DNA from: an uncultured virus (IMG/VR IMGVR_UViG_3300028644_000008)
Taxonomy: Duplodnaviria > Heunggongvirae > Uroviricota > Caudoviricetes
Virus record (IMG/VR): IMGVR_UViG_3300028644_000008
DNA: 20,000 nt
Strand: one strand, 5' to 3'
Shown here: positions 8,264 to 15,259 of the stretch, piece after piece
Position numbering within the stretch: the stretch's first letter is position 1
How the letters are laid out: each line of letters opens with the position of its first letter
Translations under genes and position numbers: made by a program
Notes under the pieces: generated by a model
Databases searched by the model: none
What the model saw: the letters and a program-made list of their open reading frames with translations, nothing else
Told to the model about the DNA's origin: nothing

Positions 8264-9199
8264 GCTTCCGTCTCCCTTCGTCCCTGCCGGCCGAGCCGCG
8301 GCCAGCGCCGATTCGTAGTTGGCGACTCCGTCGATGAGCTTGGCCCGGAGCGCGTCCGCGGCCAGCCAGGTCCTGCCCGTGGCCAGGGAGGCCACTTCTG
8401 TGGCGGCCATCCCGCGTCCGGCGGCGATCGCGCCGACGAACTGCTCGGCCAGCTTGTTGACCATCTCCTGCTCGACTGCGATCTGCTCTTCGGTCAGCGG
8501 CACGCCCGGCACGCCCGCGCCCTTGTGCGGCCCGGAGGCAATCAGGTGGACCTTGAAGCCCTCGGCCTCGGCGGCCTTGGAGCTGTCCACCATGACCATG
8601 TAGACCCCGATGGAGCCGACCTCGGCGGTCTGGTTGGCCGTCACGCGGCTGGCCTGGCTGGCCAGCCAGTAGGCCGCGGAGGCGCCGAGGTCCGAGATGT
8701 GCGCGGCCACAGGCTTGACCGCCCGGGCGGCGCGGATGGCATCGGCCAGCTCCTGGACGCCGCTCACCGACCCGCCGGGGGAGTCGATCTCGAAGAGGAT
8801 GCTGTCGACCGCCTTGTCGGCCAGGGCCGCGGCCAGGGCCGCCTGGACGTCCTGCACGCCGGTCGCGTGGATCCCGAAGTAATCGTAGATCCACGGGACG
8901 CTCTTCTGGATGACGCCAGAGAGGGGGAACACCGCCACGCCATTCTCGACCGCGTAGGAGTAGGGCGGGGGATCCTCCATCATGTCCTCGAGCTTCTTGA
9001 AGCCCTTCCGGGCGCGGGTGGACGCGGCCTGGGAGGCTGCCGCGGCCGCGGCCTCGCCGGAGATCTCCGCGGCGGCCAGCCGCGCGCAGAGCTGCTCCAG
9101 GCGCGAAGGCTCCATCGCCCAGACCTTGGGGAAGTCCGCTGGCAGCCCGACCTTGCGGCTGATCCCGACCATGCCCAGCATCCTCTGCATGAGACTCAT
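7643..9199 (-). CDS. S49-family head maturation protease with C-terminal scaffold (lambda gpC-like, 518 aa)
   Basis: IDSPGGSV, GASAAYWLAS and VGSIGV motifs. ATG overlaps the portal stop. Ala/Glu/Lys coiled-coil C-terminus. Confidence 0.92.
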   Translation of the reverse strand: MSLMQRMLGMVGISRKVGLPADFPKVWAMEPSRLEQLCARLAAAEISGEAAAAAASQAASTRARKGFKKLEDMMEDPPPYSYAVENGVAVFPLSGVIQKSVPWIYDYFGIHATGVQDVQAALAAALADKAVDSILFEIDSPGGSVSGVQELADAIRAARAVKPVAAHISDLGASAAYWLASQASRVTANQTAEVGSIGVYMVMVDSSKAAEAEGFKVHLIASGPHKGAGVPGVPLTEEQIAVEQEMVNKLAEQFVGAIAAGRGMAATEVASLATGRTWLAADALRAKLIDGVANYESALAAARPAGTKGDGSMSGQRSGTAAASPAPGSQSSAGEAPVAIEAAKQLEAMEAAFPADLAFARDAWKRGLSPEQAKGELAAKAPEQLKDAQARIKDLEGQLAKAQGDSAAAEAKHKEELAAKDKEIADLKALASQVGHKPLEQKPASAEAAGAVAAYNAKREELLKAGDVRPEETIANKFPEVSAAYLAAVNAGAQASAPAAAAAAKPAEAGKEGDAGKK

Positions 9200-10794
9200 C
9201 AGTTGCCTCCGTTGGCCGGCTTGCCGCCGGCGTCCTTGTTCCCGTCGTCCAGGCTCCGCGTCTGGCTGAGCGCCGAGCCGATCTGCCAGCGGCTGACCTC
9301 GCGCCAGTCCACCTTGGCCTCCGGATAGCGGGTGTTGAGCTCGGCCGCCTTCTTGATGGCTAGCTCGATCACGCTGCCGTTGTCCTCGATGCTCTCGCGG
9401 GCGACGTCGTCGAAGTCGACGCCGCGTTCAGCGCAGACGCTGCGCGGTGAGTCGAGGCGCTCGCCGATGACCAGGGCGTCGGCCTGGGCGTCCTGCAGCG
9501 GCTGGATGTACTTCCAGCGCGGCGGCCGCACCCGATGGTTCAGGAGCGTACCGGCCTTGTACCGCTTCATGGCCGCGGCGCCGAGGCTCGGCAGCTCGCG
9601 CATGGCGCGCCACTGCCAGACGGGGCTCACGAACTGCTCGATGTGGTCGCGCTGGATCCGGCGCCAGCTCTGGCGGACCACGTCCATCGCCCCGCGGAAG
9701 CCGCTGAAGTTGGTCTCGGAGGCGTCGAGCATCAGGGCGACGTAAGGCATGTTGAGGGCGCCGCCCAGCTTCCGGAGCTGGTACTTGACGTGCTCGATGT
9801 GCTCGGGGTTGGGGATCGACGGCGAGTAGCCGGACAGCTTCTTGCCGCCAGGCAGCTCCACGTAGGTGCCGGGCTTCACGGCGATCTCGGTGCGGGTCGC
9901 GCCGTCCGCGCCGACCCTGGACGTCTCCGCGCCCAGCGCCGCGTTCGCCCCGCCGTAGCCCGGGCCGCCGGCGCTGGGGTTCGCCTCGATCGTCCCGGAG
10001 ATCGCCGCCGCCGACTGGGCCTTGACGATCATCGCGAAGTCGAGGTCGTCGAGCATGCCCGCCTCGACCATGACCGGGTGCCACCAGGAGTAGCCGCGGT
10101 TCTGGCTGACGCGGTGGGTGCCGTAGCACTGGAACGCCACCTGGAGGCCGTTGGACAGGTAGATCTCCCGCCGCTCGACGTCGTCGGCCGAGCCCCACGG
10201 GCCCAGCGGCTGGGACTTCGCGAACCAGAAGGCCACGCGCTTGCCGCCCACGACCTCGACGCCACAGGCCATCCCGGGCTTCCAGGCGCCGGCCGGAGAG
10301 ACGCAGCGGTCGCCCTCGACCACCTCCACCGTGCCGTCGTCGTTGAGCGTCCCGAAGATGTCCCCGTCCATGATCATCTGGCACTTGAGCATCCACTGGA
10401 GCTGGGCGAGGGTGCGCTCGCCCTTCCAGTCGCACGCGCGCTTGTTCCGCGCCCAGGCGTCGTGGCGGCTCCAGAGCTCGAGGTCCAGGCCCGGGTCGCC
10501 GGTGTCCGGCTCGATGGAGTACTGGCTGCCGGCGAAGAGCGAATCGACCAGCCGGGTGTTGACCTGGCCCGGCAGTGAGTCGCAGCGGTCCATGTGCCGC
10601 GCGACCTCCCGGACGTACCAGAGCTGCCAGGCGTCCAGGTGGTAGTCGCCGGTGCCGCCGAGGCCGCGGCGATTGCGCATGAAGCGGTTGTTGGGGAGCG
10701 TGGCGTCGAGCCCCGCCTTGTACTCGCGCTTCGACTCCTGGAAGAGCTCCTGCGAGGCGAGCGAGAACGGCTCGGGCGCGCCCTGGATCCTCAC
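9199..10794 (-). CDS. Phage portal protein, lambda family (531 aa)
   Basis: GTG start at 10794 overlaps the upstream TGA, with GGAG RBS. Motifs REVARHMDR, DGDIF, SQNRGYSWWHPV, LDASETNFSGFR and WKYIQPLQDAQA. Confidence 0.93.
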   Translation of the reverse strand: MRIQGAPEPFSLASQELFQESKREYKAGLDATLPNNRFMRNRRGLGGTGDYHLDAWQLWYVREVARHMDRCDSLPGQVNTRLVDSLFAGSQYSIEPDTGDPGLDLELWSRHDAWARNKRACDWKGERTLAQLQWMLKCQMIMDGDIFGTLNDDGTVEVVEGDRCVSPAGAWKPGMACGVEVVGGKRVAFWFAKSQPLGPWGSADDVERREIYLSNGLQVAFQCYGTHRVSQNRGYSWWHPVMVEAGMLDDLDFAMIVKAQSAAAISGTIEANPSAGGPGYGGANAALGAETSRVGADGATRTEIAVKPGTYVELPGGKKLSGYSPSIPNPEHIEHVKYQLRKLGGALNMPYVALMLDASETNFSGFRGAMDVVRQSWRRIQRDHIEQFVSPVWQWRAMRELPSLGAAAMKRYKAGTLLNHRVRPPRWKYIQPLQDAQADALVIGERLDSPRSVCAERGVDFDDVARESIEDNGSVIELAIKKAAELNTRYPEAKVDWREVSRWQIGSALSQTRSLDDGNKDAGGKPANGGN

Positions 10795-11075
10795 GACCGG
10801 AACTCCGAAACGTTGGTGTAGATGGCCCGCGGCGCCGTCGCGGAGGCCTTCGTGCCGACGAAGCTCTCGGCCGCCGCGAGCTGCTTGGCAACCTCGGCCA
10901 TGCTCATCGTCACGTTGGAGCCGCCCTGGCCGGCGGACTGGGGCATCAGCACCAGGAGCGCCCGGCAGGCCGAGCGGAAGTCCTGCGCCTTGGCGAGGTC
11001 GCCGGCGCCGTCGGCATAGTCGGCGTTGGCGAGGTAGGCGGCGCGCGCGGCATCGAGCGTGGTGTATGAGGCCAT
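10791..11075 (-). CDS. Putative head-tail joining protein (gpW position, 94 aa)
   Basis: GGAG RBS then ATG 11075 (MASYTTLDAA). Small helical protein immediately before and coupled to the portal gene. Confidence 0.65.
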   Translation of the reverse strand: MASYTTLDAARAAYLANADYADGAGDLAKAQDFRSACRALLVLMPQSAGQGGSNVTMSMAEVAKQLAAAESFVGTKASATAPRAIYTNVSEFRS

Positions 11076-11094
11076 CGAGTCTCCGGACTCGGGC

Positions 11095-11146
11095 CGAAAA
11101 AAGAACGGGCACCAGCCTGGCCGGCCAGTAGCCCGTTCTTCTTTCG
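11095..11146 (-). terminator. Intrinsic terminator-like hairpin in the leader of the head operon
   Basis: Minus strand CGAAAGAAGAACGGGC...GCCCGTTCTTTTTTCG. Arms are 15/16 complementary, the 3' arm ends in a T-run, and there is an inner CTGGCCGGCCAG dyad. Confidence 0.65.
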
Positions 11147-11193
11147 CTTTCGGGGCAGACCCGTCGGCCCGCCCACCCTGTCTCTGCACCTAC

Positions 11194-11223
11194 AGTTTAC
11201 AGCCCCGCGAGAAAGAGAGTCAA
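11194..11223 (-). promoter_or_regulatory. sigma70-like promoter TTGACT-N18-TAAACT facing the head genes
   Basis: -35 at 11223-11218 and -10 at 11199-11194, in a relatively AT-rich gap, the longest intergenic space between the coupled genes. Confidence 0.65.
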
Positions 11224-11243
11224 GCCTTAAGTTCCCGCGGGCC

Positions 11244-11603
11244 TCATTTTTCTGTCGATTGTCCCGGGACAGCCGGGACAGCCGGGACAGCCTGCTCAGC
11301 CGGGACGGCGTTGTCCAAAAGGTAGTAGAAAACGTCGGCCAGGCGGGTGACCGGCATCTCCACCGGGGTCCCTCCACGGCCGACCAGCACCGTGGCGCCG
11401 GCGGCCTGCAGCCCCGCGTAGATGGCCATCAGCCGGCGCCGCCTGGCCGGAGACAAGGCCAGCTCGAGGTTCCGCGGATGGCCGGGGAACTGGCCCTCCG
11501 GATCCTCGACGAACGGCAGGCGGATGAGGACCGCGGGCTCCGACTTCTCGCCGCTCTGCGCCCCGTCCTGGTTGGCCTTCGGTTTGTCGCTCTTCTTGCC
11601 CAT
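11244..11603 (-). CDS. Hypothetical protein (119 aa)
   Basis: AAGGGAG RBS. Follows the terminase gene. C-terminal (AVP)n encoded by a 9-bp tandem repeat. Confidence 0.75.
   Translation of the reverse strand: MGKKSDKPKANQDGAQSGEKSEPAVLIRLPFVEDPEGQFPGHPRNLELALSPARRRRLMAIYAGLQAAGATVLVGRGGTPVEMPVTRLADVFYYLLDNAVPAEQAVPAVPAVPGQSTEK
11264..11308. repeat. 9-bp tandem repeat CCGGGACAG (3 perfect + 2 degenerate copies)
   Basis: CCGGGACAG x3, CCTGCTCAG, CCGGGACGG. Confidence 0.85.
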
Positions 11604-11615
11604 GGCTCTCCCTTC

Positions 11616-13661
11616 TCAGCGGTCCCTTACGTTCCAGGGGCGCCCGTCCGGCGTGCGCATCTCCTGGCGAGTCTCGGCATGCCCCGCCGGCGCCGCCGCC
11701 GGCAACGAGGCCTTCAGGTACATCTCGTATCTCCAGGCCGCGGCGAGGCAGCCCACGGCGCAGTCCATGCCGTGGTTCTCGCCAGTCTTGCGCCACTCCT
11801 CCTCGCCCGTCGGCAGGGTAATCATCTCCTCGGCGAGCATCTGCCGGACGAAAAGGTCCGGCAGATCCTGCGGCAGCCAGAAGCCGCCGACCTCGCCCGA
11901 GCGCCCCAGGCGGGAGTGGAACCACTTCTTGAAAACCCAGGGGTTGAAGACGTGGAGCTGCAGGCGGTCGCGCAGGGGCTTGCCCTCGCGGCTCTCGGTG
12001 TAGGCCGTCCGCGAGAACTGGAGCGGCGGGATCTGGCCCGCCGAGCTGCCGCCCTTGGCCGGGTGGAAGAGGCTGGTGCGGACCTCCCAGTTCCAGGCGT
12101 CGCAGAGCTCGAGGACCTCGGCCTCGTCCACGTTCTCCTCCGGGTCGTGGCCGGTGCCGGCCCAGCCGGAGTCGATCAACGCGATACCGGCGAACTGCCC
12201 GACCCGGAGCGTAGGGAACTGCGGCTGCTCGTTGCCGAAGGGCACCACCGGATACTCGCGGGTGGCCGCCTCGAAGACCCGGCGCCAGCCGGCGCGCGCG
12301 TCCACCGCCGTGTCCTCGCGGCCGGCGGCCACCAGCCACCCGGTGAACCCCAGGCCCCAGCCCCACACCTGCCAATACTGCAGCGCGCTGTGAACGTCGC
12401 AAAAGAAGGTCAGGAAGCGCACGCCCGCCGGGACCTGGCCCATCCGGTAGCCCTCGCGCCGGCGCGAGAGCGCGACCTCGAAGCTCGGCTTGGCGCCGGC
12501 CTCCTTGTAGATGCGGCCCAGCGTGAGGTTGACGAAGTTCTGCTGCAGGTCCGGACGCAGCTCGGCCTCGAGCCCGGCGGCGGCGATCTTCGAGAAGCTC
12601 GAGCGCGGAGAGCCGATCTCCCAGTAGTGCAGCCCCACGTGGCCGGCCGGAGGCTGGCCGTCGAGCGTCCGCCATCGGCCCCGCGACACGGCCGCCCAGC
12701 GCTCCGCCTCCGTCCAGACGGCGCCGCACGCGCCGCAGACGTAGTAGGCCAGGCCCTTGGCCTCGATCTGGTCCGGAGAATGCAGGGCGTGCCCGCGCTC
12801 GTTGCGCGGCCAGTCGACCCGGCCGGCCGGGCCCGGGAAATAGAGCAGCTCGCCGCCGCGCTCCACGCCCTCCTTCTCGCCGGCGAACTGGAGGATCTGC
12901 TCCGCGCCGCAATGCGGACAGGGCACGTAGTAGCGCAGCTGACACTCCGCGCGGTTGAGCTCGCGCTGCCCAGGCCGCTTCTCGATCGTCGGAGTGGTGG
13001 TCTTCACCACCAGCGTCCGGAGCCACCAGGCGGTCCGCTTGGAGCCTTCCGAAATCTGATTGCTCTGGACCTTGCCGCGGATCTGGTACTTGTCGAACTC
13101 GTCGAACACGACCACCGGTACGGAGCTCTCCGCCAGGTCGGCCGGCGATCCGGCGCCGGCGTAGCGCACGCGGACGCCGTTGGTGTGCAGGACCTCGTAG
13201 TCGGTGTTCCCGCGGCCGCCGGCGGGGAGCAGCTCGCGCAGCTTCGGAGAGGCGCGGAAGACGGGCTGCACGCGCGTGCGGTTGAAGCTCTTGGCCGTGG
13301 GCTGCTTCTCGCGGACCACCAGGACCGGCACGCGCAGCTCGGCGACGCAGTAGGCTATCAGGCAGATGAGGCCGAGCGACTTGCCGATCTGTGCGCTCGT
13401 GACCGCGGTGACCTCGGTCACCGCCGGGTTGCTCATGAGGTCCAGCCACCCCGCCAGGTGCGGGGCGCGGGACAGGTCCAGTGGCCCGGGGATCGGGTCG
13501 GTGGGCGGCAGGACGATGTGCTGTTCGGCCCAGGTGGAAAGCGGCAGCTCGACGGCCGGCGCCAGCGCCGCGCCGGCGAGCCGGCAGAACTCCGCTTCGC
13601 GGTCCCGGATCTCGTCGGGAGACCAGAAGGCCTCGACGGCCGGGCGGGCGGGGGCGGCCAT
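11616..13661 (-). CDS. Terminase large subunit, lambda GpA family
   Basis: Walker A TSAQIGKS, Walker B VVVFDEFDKY, TTTPT coupling motif, CPHC and CGAC Zn sites, nuclease motifs FCDVH, IDSG and NHGMDC. Start is ATG 13661 or TTG 13667. Confidence 0.95.
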   Translation of the reverse strand: MAAPARPAVEAFWSPDEIRDREAEFCRLAGAALAPAVELPLSTWAEQHIVLPPTDPIPGPLDLSRAPHLAGWLDLMSNPAVTEVTAVTSAQIGKSLGLICLIAYCVAELRVPVLVVREKQPTAKSFNRTRVQPVFRASPKLRELLPAGGRGNTDYEVLHTNGVRVRYAGAGSPADLAESSVPVVVFDEFDKYQIRGKVQSNQISEGSKRTAWWLRTLVVKTTTPTIEKRPGQRELNRAECQLRYYVPCPHCGAEQILQFAGEKEGVERGGELLYFPGPAGRVDWPRNERGHALHSPDQIEAKGLAYYVCGACGAVWTEAERWAAVSRGRWRTLDGQPPAGHVGLHYWEIGSPRSSFSKIAAAGLEAELRPDLQQNFVNLTLGRIYKEAGAKPSFEVALSRRREGYRMGQVPAGVRFLTFFCDVHSALQYWQVWGWGLGFTGWLVAAGREDTAVDARAGWRRVFEAATREYPVVPFGNEQPQFPTLRVGQFAGIALIDSGWAGTGHDPEENVDEAEVLELCDAWNWEVRTSLFHPAKGGSSAGQIPPLQFSRTAYTESREGKPLRDRLQLHVFNPWVFKKWFHSRLGRSGEVGGFWLPQDLPDLFVRQMLAEEMITLPTGEEEWRKTGENHGMDCAVGCLAAAWRYEMYLKASLPAAAPAGHAETRQEMRTPDGRPWNVRDR

Positions 13662-13663
13662 GG

Positions 13664-13942
13664 TCAACGCGGCTCCACGCGGTCGATGAGCTGGTCCAGC
13701 AGCCGCACGGCGGCCGCGGCGTCGCCGGCCTCGAGCTCGCGACGGAAGATGCGCCAGGCCCCGTCCCAGAACTGGCCAGACTCGGCCGCGCGCTTCTGGC
13801 GGTAGACGCCGCGATGCTCGCGGACGATGAACTCCATCTCGGCCGGCGAGCGCGTGGCCAGGACATCGAGCACCGCCAGGCGTGCGCGCAGCGGCGAGAG
13901 ACCGTCGTCTTCATGGCGGCGGACCTGGTCGCGGATGGTCAC
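13664..13942 (-). CDS. Hypothetical protein (92 aa) between terminase subunits
   Basis: GTG at 13942 overlaps the small-terminase stop (GTGA), with GGAG RBS. (M)TIRDQVRRHEDDG...IDRVEPR*, stop abuts the large-terminase start. Confidence 0.7.
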   Translation of the reverse strand: MTIRDQVRRHEDDGLSPLRARLAVLDVLATRSPAEMEFIVREHRGVYRQKRAAESGQFWDGAWRIFRRELEAGDAAAAVRLLDQLIDRVEPR

Positions 13943-14787
13943 GGACGGGGATCTCCAACCACAGAGGACATGGAGGACACAGAGGACAACGGCTGGGGTT
14001 TCTGTTTGCTGTCGCCCCGAGGTTTTGCCGTCCTCCGTGTACTCTGTGTCCTCTGTGGTGAAACTTTCGTCGGCTGCCGGCGGCCGCCGGTGATCCCGGC
14101 CAGCTCGTCGTCGAACGACTTCAGGAGCTTCTTCATGGCCTCGGCCAGGCGGAGCTCCTCCTCCCGGGTATGGGCCACGGTGCGCGGCCAGGACTGCAGC
14201 CGCGAGGACACGCCGTGGTAGTAGTCCCAGATCCACTGCTTGAAGCGGTCGACCGGGTAGACCTGCTCGCGCTTCTCGGCTAGGTCCAGCTCCATGCGCT
14301 GGGCCTTGATCCGGCGCTGGACCTCGAGCGCGTCGACCGCCTTCTCGCCCTCCTTGCGCACCCGCGCGCGCTCGTGCTCGAGGAGCCACGGCAGGAACTG
14401 GCCGAGGTTCCAGGTGTTGTCCTCGTTGCGCGGCGCGCCGTAAGACTGGTACCTGGTCAGCTGCATCCGCGTGCAGCCCACCATCCCGCGCAGGTCTTCG
14501 CCGCTGCAGCGCCGGTAGGCCGTCCGGAGCTGCTCGCGCTGCGTCAGCCGCTCGAGCTTGGCGATAGCGTTGGCCTCGGCTGCGGTGAGGGCCTCGCCGT
14601 TGAGCTGCTTCTTGAGCGCCGCGTTGCCGCGATCGCGGACCGCCTGGTCGGCGGCGGAGGCGACGGGGGCATTCACCGCAGAGGACGCGGAGTAACGCAG
14701 AGGAGAATTCGGGCTGTCGTTACGAGGGTTCCGCCGCTTCCCTCTGCGAGACTCTGCGCCCTCTGCGGTGGAACGTTGCTTTGCCAT
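13939..14787 (-). CDS. Terminase small subunit, Nu1-like (282 aa)
   Basis: ATG 14787 (MAKQR). Winged-HTH-like EDLRGMVGCTRMQLTRYQSYGAP...WNLGQFLPW and coiled coil RRIKAQRMELDLAEKREQVYPVD. Lies upstream of the GpA terminase. Confidence 0.8.
   Translation of the reverse strand: MAKQRSTAEGAESRRGKRRNPRNDSPNSPLRYSASSAVNAPVASAADQAVRDRGNAALKKQLNGEALTAAEANAIAKLERLTQREQLRTAYRRCSGEDLRGMVGCTRMQLTRYQSYGAPRNEDNTWNLGQFLPWLLEHERARVRKEGEKAVDALEVQRRIKAQRMELDLAEKREQVYPVDRFKQWIWDYYHGVSSRLQSWPRTVAHTREEELRLAEAMKKLLKSFDDELAGITGGRRQPTKVSPQRTQSTRRTAKPRGDSKQKPQPLSSVSSMSSVVGDPRP
13958..14059. repeat. Palindromic element, 30-bp inverted arms, within the small-terminase 3' end
   Basis: ACCACAGAGGACATGGAGGACACAGAGGAC (13958-13987) vs reverse complement of 14030-14059 (ACCACAGAGGACACAGAGTACACGGAGGAC): 26/30. 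Confidence 0.9.
14674..14770. repeat. Palindromic element, 30-bp inverted arms, within the small-terminase 5' end
   Basis: CACCGCAGAGGACGCGGAGTAACGCAGAGG (14674-14703) vs reverse complement of 14741-14770 (CACCGCAGAGGGCGCAGAGTCTCGCAGAGG): 26/30. Confidence 0.9.
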
Positions 14788-14789
14788 CG

Positions 14790-15062
14790 TCAGTTCTTCC
14801 CGCTGAGCTTGTCGAGGTTGCGAACGGCGAGCAGATCCCAGTAGCGCTGATGGAGATCGGCGGCGATCGCGCGGGCCTGGTTGCGCTCGAGCGTCACCCG
14901 GCAGAGGCGCCGGCGGCTCGCCGGCACGAGGCCGCAGAGCCAGCAGCGCAGCCGCGGCCAAAGGCCGTTGAGCCAGAGGCAGAGACGCAGGAGGCGGAGG
15001 CGCTTCTCGGCCTCGCGGGTGTCGACGCAGACGGTCACGACGATGGGGCCGACGGTGGCCAT
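14790..15062 (-). CDS. Hypothetical protein (90 aa, Arg/Leu/Cys-rich)
   Basis: GGAG RBS, ATG 15062 (MATVGPIV) 2 nt after the upstream stop. Ends 2 nt before the small-terminase ATG. Confidence 0.65.
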   Translation of the reverse strand: MATVGPIVVTVCVDTREAEKRLRLLRLCLWLNGLWPRLRCWLCGLVPASRRRLCRVTLERNQARAIAADLHQRYWDLLAVRNLDKLSGKN

Positions 15063-15064
15063 GG

Positions 15065-15259
15065 TCAGGATCTCCGAGCCCGAGCCCTGATAATCTCGAC
15101 ACGGAAACACCCCTTGAAGCAAGGTTCTTCGTGCTCGCAGAAGCAGGCCTTGGGCATTACGGGGTGGCTCGATGGTTCAGATTGAGCGCCACAGTTCTTC
15201 TCCTTCGGACAGAACCATCCGCGAGCCACGACGCGTATCGTTCGATTGCCCCGCTTCAT
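15065..15259 (-). CDS. Small Cys-rich hypothetical protein (64 aa)
   Basis: GGAGGA RBS and ATGA overlap with the replication gene. MKRGNRTIRVVARGWFCPKEKNC...CFCEHEEPCFKGC. Confidence 0.65.
   Translation of the reverse strand: MKRGNRTIRVVARGWFCPKEKNCGAQSEPSSHPVMPKACFCEHEEPCFKGCFRVEIIRARARRS

Noticed and set aside
3405..13805. Very long plus-strand ORFs (646, 957, 591, 347 and 848 aa) and Arg/Pro-rich alternative-frame minus-strand ORFs
   Set aside because: Shadow ORFs of GC-rich genes: they overlap motif-bearing phage genes and have no recognisable domains.
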